64,000 nucleotides of DNA from Lama guanicoe (GCA_013239625.1 MU053559.1:496001-560000), one strand, 5' to 3'; positions 32,974 through 45,605 are shown, numbered from the stretch's first letter. Numbers and translations are program-made. The notes: a model not told the origin generated them from the sequence alone.

Positions 32974-34867
32974 CTGACAAAAAACAGTCATATCAGAAAT
33001 GTATTATATACACTCCCTGATAATATTAAAGATCATGTATGCTTACATATCCTGTCATTTTTTATGTACTAGAATACAAACTTTAATGCGTAAAATGGAA
33101 TATATTAAACATATGAACATCATGTAGAAATCAGTCATACGGCACATAACATGCATAGCATATTAAGTCATATCAAATACTAATATAATACAAACACCTC
33201 ATTAACCAACACAGTAAAATTAATATATACCTCTCACCATCTACTGAACACTGAAATTGTATGATCTTATGACTTATTAGTGCTGTACGTAACCCAGAAT
33301 ACTGTTTTGTACTTGCTTTATAGTTCACTACTATTTGTAAAAGCGAAAACTAACTAGCGGCACCAAAACAAGATATGAATGAATGCTCAAGAAGCTGAGC
33401 TCTTAAGAAAGAAGCACCACCAGAGCACCCCAATCCCTGGGCTACCCACCTGCCGCCATAGTCTCTGGACCTTCCATATCCATATCCGTATCCATATCCT
33501 CCAGGTCGACTGTCATACCTGCCACCTCCATAGCCCTGGTCTCCACCACCTATAACACATAAATATTTTAATGGCAATTATCTAGACAAAGGCCACTAAC
33601 AGGTGACTCTCCTCCATACCCCATGATCAAACTTAACCACTACACTTACCTCTAGGGTAGCCACGACCACGCCCATAGGACCCAAAGGTACCCCCTCCTC
33701 TTGTTCCTCGGGCTGACTTGCCCGCGTGGTCCACACGGATCTGGCGACCATCCAGAGACTAGGTGTGGGGAGACACAAGGAGGATGGATGGGTTGGTGGT
33801 CAGACAGGGCAGTGGTGAGGGAAGAGTGGGCAGGGCAGGCGAGCAAATGAGCCCAGAAACTCCTGCTGGGCACCAGGTTCTGGGTGCCACATTCCAGAAC
33901 AAGCTCCTCTGACCAAAATGGCTTTATTGGGAGCTACAGAATCCCACAACATGACCTGAATCCACCGTGTTCCCCCTGCTACTACTTACATCTTGACCGA
34001 ACTCAGGTGAGTTCTCCTCCCCACTCCTCTAAGCTGCCCGACTATTAGGGCTAGTTAGACACCTCTCTTGGTTTGAGGCTTCAGAGTCCATCCCAGAAGA
34101 CTCACGAGGTCCTCTCCGGGCCAGGCCCGCAGGTCTGCAGACTCTACTACCTAAGCCCAGGGCAGGTCAACCATCCACAGGTGGCTTCTCGGCCTCATGC
34201 AGGACCAGTCGTCGCCTCCCAGGCAGCCCGGCTCTGTCTGCCGCTGCCCTCCACCCCCTAGAACAGAAGGCAGTCACGCTCCTGTGAGTGGGCACTGCGG
34301 GGCTTGGTGGCCACGCTGCCCCTAGCAGACACAGAGAAAAACAGAAAGAATGGTGGAAGTGACAGATAGGGGCAGGACCCCTATAAAGGTAGGAGGCCTC
34401 ACCTCTCCATTCATGGCTCTCATGGCATCTGAGGCATGCTCTGGATTGGCAAAGGTGACGAAGCCAAAACCCCGGGATCGCTGAGTCTCCCGGTCCTTGA
34501 CAACGACCACTGGGGAAAGGGAGAGAGGAGGAGGAGGAAGGTAAGAAGAGTGGCAAAGAGTGTTAGCTAAAGTATGTACCCTTATCCCACCAATCTTCAA
34601 TGGAAGGTTATTGGGTTCTCCTCAGTCTTCGGTCGAGAAACAAAAGGAGGAAAGGCATGCATGAAGGCCTGGGGTCCTGAGTCTTTTCTGCATGTTTCTT
34701 GAAATGGATGGGCCCCAGACTTTTTTCCACAACCCCCTCATCATGGTTCTGGCCCAAGACTCACCCTCAGAAATAGGCCCAAAGCTGCTGAAGTGGTCTT
34801 CCAGAGCCTGCTCGTCAGTGTTGAAACTGAGCCCTCCCACGAAGAGCTTCCCTTCTTCAGAGGACAT
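32913..34867 (-). CDS. RBM3: RNA-binding motif protein 3, cold-shock RRM + RGG protein (159 aa), 5 coding exons
   Basis: join(34765-34867,34403-34509,33650-33758,33450-33549,32913-32973) = 480 nt in frame; [13 protein letters not shown] (RNP2), RGFGFVTF (RNP1), RGG tail ending [10 protein letters not shown]. Confidence 0.97.
33450..33549 (-). CDS. RBM3: RBM3 exon 5
   Basis: [34 protein letters not shown]. Confidence 0.95.
33650..33758 (-). CDS. RBM3: RBM3 exon 4
   Basis: [39 protein letters not shown] acceptor, GTAAGT donor. Confidence 0.95.
33990..34321 (-). other. RBM3: RBM3 poison cassette exon 3a (alternative acceptors 34321 and 34257, donor 33990)
   Basis: Pyrimidine tract + TAG acceptors, strong GAT|GTAAGT donor, in-frame PTC from either acceptor; position matches the known RBM3 intron-3 NMD exon. 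Confidence 0.8.
34403..34509 (-). CDS. RBM3: RBM3 exon 3
   Basis: [36 protein letters not shown]. Confidence 0.96.
34765..34867 (-). CDS. RBM3: RBM3 exon 2 coding part (exon starts 34884)
   Basis: [34 protein letters not shown]; donor GTGAGT. Confidence 0.96.
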
Positions 34868-35079
34868 GGCAGTAAATGCGAGTCCTGCGGAGAAAAGTAC
34901 GGAAAAGAATGGGAGAGAAGCGGAGATGGGAGACAGAAGAGATCGGAGTGAGAAAAAATGAAGATAGGGAATGAAGAGAGGACAGGGAACTAAACAAAAG
35001 GGACAAAATAAGGAATAACTAAGGATAGACAAAAGAAAAAAGGCAAAAAAGAGGAAATCTACAAGAACCGCTCAGTGAG

Positions 35080-35900
35080 GTAGCCATTTGAGGGCCGCTC
35101 TGACGCATGCCCACAACATCCCCTGCCACCACGCCCGTCATTTTGTATGGCCGCGCATGCCCATTACACCCTTGCGTTCCCTCAGCACCCGCAGAACAAG
35201 ATGGCGGCGATCACGTGAAAAAAGGGGTCCACCCATCCCCCCGCAGATCTCCACTGTCGCGTGGTCACTGCTGCCACCAAAGTCGCCAGACCCTCCCGGC
35301 ACTTCCCGCACTCGGACAGAGCGCGGCCAGCCTCGCGGCAATCAGCAAGTGTCACTTCCGAGTACGAGACCCGCCCCCCCCGGAAAAGCCCAAGCCTACG
35401 TGTCAGAAGTCGCTATTCCCCATGGCGCGGCGCAAGTCAGTGAGACTAGGAGTGGCCGCTCTGCAAGACCAACATTGCTTACCTGGAAATTAAGAAGTAA
35501 GAAGGCAGGAGAAACAGCTACCGCCAAAGAGCCGAGAGACTGAGAAAGCTGGCGCGCGGGAAGACGCCTGATAAAGCCTACGTAGCGGACACGTCACGAA
35601 ACGTCCCCCGAGCGTGAGCTCTCATTGGCTGAGGCCAGTGAGGTGGGTGGGAGGAATGCGCTTAGCACGCTTCCGGGAATGGAGGCGAGATTTGTGTGGT
35701 TGGTAGACTCTGACGTCAGCATCGCGCCACTGGCCCCAGCCGTCTTCATCCCTTCTGCGCATGAACCTTTTCTCTGTCACACCCCTTTCCATCCCTGACT
35801 TCACCCTCACCATCTTTGACGTCATTTCCCCCGTTGGTTCTGCTATCTTCTTCCGGGGCCTTGACGCCGTAATTGCCGTCCGCCGATTGTTTCCTTCACC
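35080..35900. promoter_or_regulatory. RBM3: RBM3 CpG-island promoter
   Basis: CpG-dense; CRE TGACGTCA 35711-35718, CCAAT (-) 35624-35628, YY1 CAAGATGGCGGC 35197-35208, E-box TCACGTGA 35211-35218, ETS CACTTCCG. Confidence 0.8.
35483..35555 (-). other. RBM3: RBM3 non-coding exon 1 (5' end approximate)
   Basis: Donor CAG|GTAAGC at 35483 within the CpG island; pyrimidine-rich leader. Confidence 0.7.
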
Positions 35901-36759
35901 GTTTAGTCCTCTAACGACTTACTCCTTGAGAGCCCATGTTTTATCCACCTACTGTCTGTGACGCCATCACCCTTCACGGTCCTTAACATCAGACCCTTCG
36001 TTTCTTAGTGCCTTATCCTGACCCCTATGTTTTCTTCTCTGTGCCGAACATTTCACTACCTGTTTCAGGACTCTTCCCTGCCGTCATTCCTTCTCGTTTC
36101 TGACTTCAGCCCTCATCCTTATCTGGCAGCCTCCTGAAGCCAGTCTCTTGAATTCCCCTCCAGTAGATTGCCTGAGGTGCATCTGCAAAACAGGATGCTC
36201 CAATCTTCAGAGGGAGTGCATCCCAATCCGAAAAAATGATTTGTTGTTACTCAGAATTGCTGAACCCTCGATCCACAAAAGGGACTTTCACAATACAAAA
36301 TGGACTTATTCAAAGGGTAAGGAGTGTCTGAACCCACTGCCCACAATTTGGTCTTGTCCAGCCTCTGAGCTACCTTTACAATGAGTGAATTTGACAGACC
36401 TGTTGTTTCTGAGCTCCCCATCAAGGATTAATGGGTTAGTTTGCGCTCAGAGACTCTAAATTTCTTATCCATAGAATGGACTTGTTCAGCCTGCTAAGGG
36501 TCATCACCCCAGAAAAAGACGCAATTTGTTAACTTTCAGAATACAGTATGGTATGCATCCACAAAATCAGCTTGTTTGGCTTTTGCCATATCCAAACCTC
36601 ATATGCCCAGGATGGACGTGAATAGATTTCACATTATCCACACACGTACTGGTTTTTCTTAGCCTTCTGAGAATCTGAGCCCCCATGCAAAAAATGAGGT
36701 ACTTGTTTACTTCTCAGAGTGACCGCTGATCATATTCCACAGTTCGTGATACATTGTTA

Positions 36760-38361
36760 CGGTTGTTCTATGCAAAGCCTCTCGTTTTATTTATTCTCTT
36801 TTATTCCTGCACCCAACTATCATTCTCTTCCTCCCGCAGTTAACCATTTAATTGACTTTAATGTGTATTTTGGTGCGATTTCATATAAAATCTGTATTTT
36901 TGTGTATGCTTTTAAAGTAAGTGGTAGTGTCATTCTTTTCCTTTTTTTCCGACCAGCATTATGTTTTTAAGACCCATCTGTGTTGTTATGGGTTCATCTA
37001 ATCTGTCTGTTGCTTCTAATGGTTGCAGTAAACTCCGATGTGTCCATCCACTCCATTTTACCCCTAGGAGCTCCCAACAAGGGACACTTGGGTTCCTTCC
37101 AACACCTCATTTCAATAAATAATGCCTTGTAAATGCTCCCTTATGGGCACTGTGGAAAATTCTTTAGAATGTGTACTCAGAAGAATTGCTGGGTCATAGG
37201 GGATGTACCTACTTAAATTTCTGTAAGCAGTGCCGGGGTGGGGCAATGTATCAAAGTGTCTACATTCCCCCTTCCCTGCCAACATTTAGCATTATTCAGC
37301 TTTCTAAAATCTTCCAGTCCAACAGGTGTAGTCATATTTCATTAGTTTTAAAAATGATTGACAATTATTTTGAGTACCCCTCATATACTTGTTCGGTTTT
37401 TGATTTCCTCATGTAAATTGCTTGTTCATATCCATATTACTGTTGGGCCAATTCTCATATTCCTCTTCTTGTTGATCTTCGGGAGTCCCTCACATAGTCT
37501 AATTATGAATCTCTTTGGTGTTGGAAATTGCAAATACCCTTTTCCACGCTGACATGTATGGTATTAACTGTAAGTAGTATTCTTAGTTGAATAAAGATCC
37601 TTAATTTTCATGTAATTAATTTCCCCCCCTTATGGTCTGTGCTTTTAAATTCTTCTTTCCCCAGGTCATATAGATGTTCAGTATTTTCTTCTATTAACTT
37701 TATAATTTTTTCTCACATTTAGGTTTTTAACCCATCTAGAGTCCATCCTTATTTGTGGTGTGAGAGAGGGATCTGGTTTTATTTTTTTCCATATCATGAG
37801 CCAGATGTTCCATCACTATCTGCTAAGCAATCTGTCCCATCGTTTTGTTTATGTGGTACCACTTCTTATCATATATTAAGTTCCATGGATATAGGGCTCT
37901 GTCTCTGAGCCCTTTTTTCTATTCCATCGGGCTATTTGAGCCAATATCAGTAGTTTTTTCTTTAATTAGTAAGGCCTTTAGTATGTCTTAATATCTAGTG
38001 GGACAAATTCCTATCACAGCTTTTTTTTTTTCAAAGTAGTTGTATCATTTAGTTATTTATTTATTTTTATTGAAATATAGTTGATTTACAATGTTGTGCC
38101 ATCAAAACTACTTTTTGAAGGTTATCTTAGCTATCGATAATCCTTTATTATTCTAAATTCTAATGTAGGTTTATTAGAATTCTAAAAAAAACTAATGTAA
38201 GTTTTGTTGGGATTGCATTGAATTAATAGATTTGGGGCAAAATAACATCTTAATAATATTACCTGTGGAGCTTCTTTTTGTACAATTTATTTTTATTTTG
38301 GGGGGAAGTAAAGAGGTTTATTTATTTATTTTGGGGGGGAGGTAATGAGGGTTATTTATTT

Positions 38362-38405
<44 letters not shown>

Positions 38406-41100
38406 TGGAGGTACTGGGATTGAACCCAGGACCTCCTTCATGCTGAGCATGCGCTCTACCACTGAGTTATACCCTCCTTCCCCCTGTGGAGCTTTTAAGA
38501 TAGGTTCACAAATTCTTTGATACTGCCCCCTTCAAGAGGTGGAGCCTAGTTCCTTTGCGCTTGAGTGTGGGCTGGACTTGGTGATTCACTTGCAATGCAC
38601 AGAATGAGCATGTTACTTCCAAGACTAGGTCATAAAAGTCACTTCGACATCCTGCCCTCACACAGATTGCGCTGTGGGACGATAGCTGGTATGTCATGAA
38701 GCAGCCCTGTGGAGAAACTAAGGCCTCCTGCCAACAGCTATGTGAGTGGGCTTTCTTGGAAGTGGAGTCAAGTCTTCAGATAACTGCAGCCCCCATCCAC
38801 ATCCTGACTGCAATCTTGTGAGAGACTCTGGACCAGAACCACCCAGCTACTCCCAGAATTCTGACCCTTTGAAACTGTGAGATAATAAATGTTTATTGTT
38901 TTAAGCCAATAAGTGTGGGAGTAATTTGTTGCCAATAGATAACTAATACATCACTAAAATCTTCCCAGCAAAAAAGCATGAGATGGCTTTCCTTTTATTC
39001 AGATCACCTATTTGTTACTGATTTTTTTCTTACAGAGGTCTTTTGTATTGGATAAATTCTTTCCTAGCTGCTTTATTTTCTTGGTTATTGCTAGTGTAGA
39101 GAAATGTTTTGATTTTTATAGGTTGATCTGGATAGCTCTTATTGGTCCTAATGGTTTTTCTGGTCATTCTGTTAGTTCTTTAAGGTAGTCAATCATATCA
39201 TTTGCAAATGGGCTATTATCCATTCCTTCCAAAACTTACATATCATTTCTTTTCCTTTCCTTACAGCATTGGTTTGTTATGTATTAAATAGCAATATTGA
39301 GAGTGAATGTCTTTGCCTGTTCTTGATCTTAAAGAGAAAATGTGTTTAAATTTTCCCTATTAGGCATTCTTTTGTTTGTTGTTTTGGTTTAATTTTTTCT
39401 ATTAGGCATGTTTGCTGTTTTTTGCCACGTTATAACCTTTATCAAGTTAAGGAAGTCCTCTTGTACTCAACTTTGTTTGCTAAGGGTTCTTTTTTTAAAT
39501 ATCATGAACGGGTACTGAAATTTAGCAAATATTTTTTCTGCTTTGAGATTATCACATGATTTTTCCTTCTTATTAATGTGGTAGTTCACTCATTAATTTT
39601 CTAATTTGGATTATGCTTGCATTCCTGGGATAAGCCCTACTTGTGATTTTTAAAAGATACGCTGTTGAATTCAGGTAGCTAATGTTTTATTAGAATTTTT
39701 GCATCTATATTAATGAGTAAGATGGGTCTAGAACTTTATTATCTTGCACCTTCCTTATCTCATTTTAGAATCAAAATTATGCTAGCCTCAAAAAAATGAG
39801 CTAGGCAGCTTTTGCTTTTATTTTCTGGAAAAATTTGTGTATTTGGGAATTAACAGCTCCTTGTAAGTTTGCTAGAATGACATCTGCAAAAGCATCTGGG
39901 TCTGAAGCTTTTTGTTACAATGAGATGGGGTGTCTTTAACTATCATTTCAATTTTTTTTTAAAACTTACGTTCAAGTTTTCAATTTCTTTTTGCATCAAC
40001 TTGAGCACATTTAAATTTTTCCAGAAACTTAAGCCTTTCACCTGGGTTTTCAAATGTATTAGCTTAGAATATTTAGCCTCTTTCTGTGTCTATAATTTCC
40101 CTTTTTTTTTTGCTCTGTATTTTGCATTCTTTTAAAGCAGTCTGTGGCCAAGGTCTATCAATATTTTCAAAGAACCTAGCAGCTTTTCATTTTGTTATTC
40201 TTTATCATTACTTTAAAAATTCACTTTGGCACTTATTTCCATCCTTATAATATTTCCTCCATGACTCATGGAGTCATGGGTTTGTTCTCTGCTCTTTCCA
40301 ACTTCTTAAGATGAATGTTTAAATCATTTATTTTTCAACCTCTCTTCTTTCCTGATAAATGTGTTTAAAGCTATATATTTTCTTTTATTAACTGATTTTG
40401 CTGTGTCCCACAAATTTTGCATATAGTGTTTTTATTATTTAGATCTAAATATTTGTAAAGTTCCTTCATGACTTCTTTCATCCAGGGGCTATTTAGTAAT
40501 GCTAGTTCCCCCCAAATGGGGGCTTTTTAAAAAGCTTTTTGTTATTGCTAATTTTATTGTATTGTGCTCAGCATGCTTAACATTGATACTTCTGAATTTA
40601 TTGAGGCTTTCTCGGTGCCCTAACATGGTCTATTTTTGTAATTGTTAAGTGTAAGCATAAAAAGAGTCTTCTCCAGTTGCTAAGTGGAGGGTTATATCGG
40701 AATGTGTCATGAAATTATATATCAAGCTTAAAAATTGTTCAGGGCCCCTTAGGAGTATATGTGTTCGTGGTGGACTCATATTCCTTGTCAGTGAGTGTTA
40801 TGTCCTTTGTCTTTTGTGATCTTAAATTTTGTTTTGTTAGCTATTAGGATGGCTATCTCAGCTTTCTTTGGTTATTGCTCTGCTGTATTTTTTCTTCATC
40901 CTTTCCTCTTCAGCATTCCCAAATCTTTGCATTTGTGTATACTGCTGGACCTTTTTTTTTTTTCAATCTATTGAGGGTCTCTGTGTTCTAAATATTTTTC
41001 ATAATTACTATTAAAACTTCTGGCATCTCATTTTATATTTTTCATTTACAATATTTTTCTGTTCCTTTTTAACTATCATACTTATACCTAATATTCTCTT
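36760..41100 (-). mobile_element. Old degenerate L1M region with nested SINE (~38290-38483) and MLT1 LTR (~38484-38950)
   Basis: Strong T skew; L1 motifs such as GAATTGCTGGGTCATAGG, GGGATTGCATTGAAT and CTTGCATTCCTGGGATAA. Confidence 0.7.
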
Positions 41101-41131
41101 TGGGTCCTATTTGTATCTCTTGTTCTTGTTT

Positions 41132-41276
41132 TTTTTTTAATTAGGTTTTTGTTTTGTTTTGTTTCTGAGGGGGGAGGTAATTAGGTTTATTTTTTATTTA
41201 ACAGAGGTACTGGGGATCGAACCCAGGACCTTGTGCATACTAAGCATGCACTACCACTGAGCTCTACCCTCACTCC
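41132..41276 (-). mobile_element. camelid tRNA-Ala SINE with TSD TCTTGTTCTTGTTTT
   Basis: A/B boxes; direct repeat at ~41117 and ~41278. Confidence 0.85.
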
Positions 41277-41364
41277 TTCTTGTTCTTGTTTTATATTTTA
41301 CCTCTTATTTATTATACTTACTTAAAATTCTTCATTGATCTATCCCAATACTCCTGCTTCAGGT

Positions 41365-41969
41365 ATTGTGTGTCACCCAGTGTGTTAGCCAATCTCTGAC
41401 ATAGCCCCTGATGACCCCTGCCTCCTGGTATTCACATTCTAAGTAATTCTCTTCCACGCTGTGTTAGGGTTGGCCTATGTGACCAAGAAAATACAGCAGA
41501 AGTGATAGTATGTCATTGGCCACGGTCTCTTGCCTGCCTGCTGGAACCATTTATTATGAGGAGCCCCACGGAGAGGCTTAGGTGGCGAAAACCTGAAGCT
41601 TCCTACCACCAGCCCTGTGCATGGGCTGTGTTAGAAGTGGGTCCTTCAGCCAGGTCATGCCTTCAGCTGACCACAGTCCTGGCTGACTTGACTGAAACCG
41701 CAGAAGAGACCCTAAGCCAAAATCCCCAACTAAGCTGCTCCCAGATTCCTGATCCTCAGAAACTGAGAAAATAAATATTTGTTGTTTTAAGCTGCTAGGT
41801 TTGGGGGTAATTTGTTATAGAGCAATAGATAACACATCCAGTTTATTTATTTTTGTGGAGGAAGGAGGGAATTAGGTTTATTTATTTATTCTAATGGAGG
41901 TACTGGGGATTGAACCTAGGACCTCGTACATGCTAAGCACATGCTTTACGACTGAGCGATACCCTCCCC
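41365..41969. mobile_element. MLT1-type LTR (~41365-41837) followed by a camelid SINE (~41845-41969, -)
   Basis: CAGAAACTGAGAAAATAAA...TTGTTATAGAGCAATAGATAAC LTR end; SINE A/B boxes. Confidence 0.7.
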
Positions 41970-44243
41970 ACTTACGTCCAGCTTTTTCTTCACTGGAGGT
42001 AATTATACTGCCCCGGTGTCCAGCTGTTTGGGCAGTGAGCTCGTATTCCCGACATGAGCAGCTGTTCTCACTGGTAAAATGTGTGGATGGAAGGCTGAAG
42101 GCCAGACCTGACTCTGCTCAATCACCTGAAGTCCGAGGGGTAAAGGGATGTGTGGGGAGATAAGCCAGGGGGTGGACAGGCCCAGGCACCACACAAGCAG
42201 AGCTCTCTCCCATCTAGTATCACACCACTTGATGATTCCTCTGGTAGCGGTTTTCTCTTTAAACCCTAAGAGGAGGTCATCTCCCAGGTGTGACCACGGG
42301 CCCTGGTGTCTGGAGGGGACAGTGGACGAGTGATTGCCTCTGGCTGCTCATTTCCTCCCCTCAGCAGGGTCCTGATGCCCTGATACTAGTCCCCAATGCC
42401 TGTCCCAGTGGTTTGGATGATTTCTGCAGTGAGGGGGCTAAAGAGGCAACATGGGGAAGAGGTAACAGCCAGAACTTAAATCTCTAACCCATCATGTATC
42501 TGCTGCCTCCAGCCATCTGCCACTCAAAACACAGGCCAGCTAAAGACAGCCTTCCATCTCCCCTTAGGTCCTCCTAGCTGTGCTGCAGTCTCTGGAACTC
42601 ATGTTTTCCTCTGTAGTTTCTCCAGAGTTGTTTTGGGGCAAGGGAGTCAGTGGCTTGCGTTGTTTGCCATCTTGGCAAGAACCAGAAGTCCCAGGTAACC
42701 TTGGGGACTAACAGATATTTCTGTCCTTCAGGGTATCTGAGCCTCCTGTTCACAGAAGGGACCCCTCTGGCCCTCAGAGGTCCCAAACCACCGAATAGTC
42801 TGACGTCTCAAGTATATGAGCTTGTTAATCACAGCACGCACCCAGAGGGTGTCAGCTGGTTACTGACAAAGGGGGACATTTCAGGTCCACAGCTTGGATG
42901 GTGCTTGGGGACCAGGGTTTCTGAGCTCCTTATCTGCTCTTGTTAGACCCCCCCCCAGTCTCAGAGCACCCTTGGCACAGAACGGTCATGTCCTGCTCTT
43001 CTGATGACCGAGCCCTCATCTGAGGAACGGTCAGCTTCCCCTCCAATACTGGGAGCCTTTGAAGGGTTATCTCCAGCTTTGTATGGGATTCTTGGGAGAG
43101 ACAGATGAAAGGATGGCTGCCCTGATGCCCCTCAACTGTCAGCACTGCCTGGCACAGCACAGCTTCTGGCCAGAATCTGGCATAGTGAGGCCACAACCTG
43201 AAGGAGCCCAGTGATGTCACCAATCGTCGGCCACATCCTTTGTGGAGGACAGCACCAGGCCTGTGAGAGAATCTGCCTTGTGAGAAGGTAAGTGGAAAAA
43301 AGGACCTTTTTTTGATCATTACCCTCCAAATATGTAGGTGACTTCTTTTAAGGCCTGAGCTTTATCAGTGCTTGATTAGTTTGTCTGCAGTCGTGGCATA
43401 GACAAGGCAAAGAAATGGTTAAGACAGGTATCCATGAGTTGGAAACCCAGTTTAGGGCTTAGAGCCCTAGGCATGGCAAGGCCACAGTCCCTTAAGCTGG
43501 CCCCAAAGCAAGTGACAAGAGTAGGAGCCTTAGACCCTTGTACAGGACCGCTGACATGAGTGCATAAGACTCATAGGGGAGGGAGGGTCTGGATCCTAGA
43601 AACGGGGACATGTGGAATGCCAGAGGTGGCTGGCTCAGTGTTTTTCTCTAAGTGGCCCATACTTCCCAGTCTTTGTAATGAATCTTGTCCTTTCTGAGTC
43701 AGGAACTCTCTCTCATCCCTCATTCGGGACCTGTTCTAAAAACATACATTCACAGCCATAGTCCAGACCCTCATAGGCAGACAAATGTACCACAAAACAG
43801 CCTCAGGCCTCCTCAAGCAGTCCTCGACCTGGGCTCATCTTCTAGAACCGATTTCTCAGCATCCGCCCTCCTGCCCCTGGGGACGCAGAAACTACCCTTC
43901 ACATGAAGTGGGAGGTATTTCAGCTCCACCAGGTGAAGAGCCCCCGGGGATGCCACCTATAACCAAAACCAGGGAGAAGGTGGAGAAATACACAGACCAC
44001 GGTGACCTTCATGTGTGTAAAGTATAGTTGTTAAAAATAAAACAACAAAAACAGAAAAAAGAGGCCGTGGCCTCCATGGGGCAGTGCCAAAACAGAGCCC
44101 CATACTCTCAGAGCTGGGGAGAGAGGGCACCGTGTTCCTACAGGCCTCGGGCTGGCAGGCAGGGAGGTGGGGTCTCACATGTAGGCCCTGATGGCAAAGA
44201 ACGAAGATCTGGTGGGGCTGATGGTGGCCTGGAGGGAGCCTGA

Positions 44244-45605
44244 TCACGATGGGGCCGTGGCCTCGGCCCCCTCCTCTGAGTCCCATACCTCTGACTGCAG
44301 GTAATCAGCGAAGAGAGCCTTAGCCCGGCGCAGAACGCGCCCCAGGTGGTGTTTTCGCACCAGGCGGTCAAAGTGCATGGCCAGCTCGTTGTAATCCAGC
44401 CCGTTGCGCATGATGTGGTCGCGGTGCTCCAGCAGGATGGCAAGGCAGAGGAAGAGCATGAACGGGTTCCCGCGGCCAAACTCCTGGGGCGGGGGCAGGC
44501 CCAGTGGGGGTGGGGGGAGCAGGGGCTTCCCAGGGTCTTGCGGGGAGCCCACCTCCGGCATCAAGGGGGATCCTGCGGCCACGTCACCCGCAGGAGAGGC
44601 GTCCTGGGTGGACGGCGGAGACGAGGAGGATGGGGAATCAGGGTGGGAGGAAGAGGAAAGCAGCGGGTCTGAGGAGTTCAGCAAGGGCTCCGAGAGGGAC
44701 TTGGAGCTGATGAGGGCAGCGGGGTGGGGCAGTTGGACCAGGGCGTCCCTCCTGGGGCCTGTGTTATCCCTGAGTTGCTGGAGGTCATCCAGACTGGCTT
44801 GTCTCAGGAGACGCCCCCCACCGCCAGGCCCCTGGCTGGTGGCAGCCAAGTGGTCAACAGCATCTTCAAAGGCACCACCACCACCACCTGCAGGCCTCAG
44901 CATGTGCCGCTGCCGCACGGGCCGTCCCCTGTGGCCCCCGAAGCTGGTGTCTGCCACCAGGCTGGGGGGCCCGACGAGCTCCACCTCGTGCTCAGGAGGA
45001 TCAGGGGGCAGCGAGCTCCAGGTGACCTCTAGCATGCGGAGGGCATCGTCGAAGGCAAACTCACGCTTGAGCTCGAGCAGCAGCCAGCGGTAGCAGAAGA
45101 ACAGGTCGTCGGCACCGGCTTCCTGCAAGTACTGGTAGAAGTCAGGGTCGGCGTGCCGCAGCAGCAGCTTAAGGTGAGCGAACTTGGTGGCCATGGCGCG
45201 GCCGTCGGGGTGGAAGTTTGCGGCCAGGCGCTTCATGATGCCACAAAAGCAGATGAAGGCGTGGCCCTCATGGTCCATGACGGCGAGGATGGGCGAGGCC
45301 AGGTCGCTCATGCCCTGGCAGTAGGACACCTGTGGGTGGGTGACGGCATACGTGGTGAGCAGGTCGTGCAGGGCCCGCAGGTGCGGGCCGTCCTCAGGCC
45401 CCGCATAGTAGGGGTGGGCCCGGTCGGTACGCAGCACATCCTTGAGGACCGTGCTGCGGATGAACTCCAGGTCCTCGGGGCTGGCGCGCTGGGCCCACTC
45501 GCTCTTGAGCTGCTCGTACTCGCGACTCTTGCGTTTCATGTAGTCCATCCGCTCTCGGCCGGTCAGCCCGTCTGGGTACACATTCAGCAGGTACCGCCAC
45601 ACCAC
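44244..45605 (-). CDS. TBC1D25: TBC1D25 last exon coding part (TBC domain)
   Basis: VVWRYLLNVYP...EATAPS*; CAG acceptor at 45606. Confidence 0.97.
   Translation of the reverse strand: MVWRYLLNVYPDGLTGRERMDYMKRKSREYEQLKSEWAQRASPEDLEFIRSTVLKDVLRTDRAHPYYAGPEDGPHLRALHDLLTTYAVTHPQVSYCQGMSDLASPILAVMDHEGHAFICFCGIMKRLAANFHPDGRAMATKFAHLKLLLRHADPDFYQYLQEAGADDLFFCYRWLLLELKREFAFDDALRMLEVTWSSLPPDPPEHEVELVGPPSLVADTSFGGHRGRPVRQRHMLRPAGGGGGAFEDAVDHLAATSQGPGGGGRLLRQASLDDLQQLRDNTGPRRDALVQLPHPAALISSKSLSEPLLNSSDPLLSSSSHPDSPSSSSPPSTQDASPAGDVAAGSPLMPEVGSPQDPGKPLLPPPPLGLPPPQEFGRGNPFMLFLCLAILLEHRDHIMRNGLDYNELAMHFDRLVRKHHLGRVLRRAKALFADYLQSEVWDSEEGAEATAPS

Noticed and set aside
32990..33240. Resemblance to a mitochondrial control region (ATGTA/TACAT words), i.e. 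a NUMT
   Set aside because: Only compositional similarity, with no recognisable conserved D-loop blocks. BLAST against camelid mtDNA would settle it.
36148..36384. 78-aa Cys-rich ORF with faint zinc-finger look
   Set aside because: Non-ATG start and metal-ligand spacing does not fit a known finger; not supportable.
42000..44243. TBC1D25 poly(A) signal
   Set aside because: No canonical AATAAA/ATTAAA seen on -; only a GATAAA variant near 43361-43366, too weak to call.
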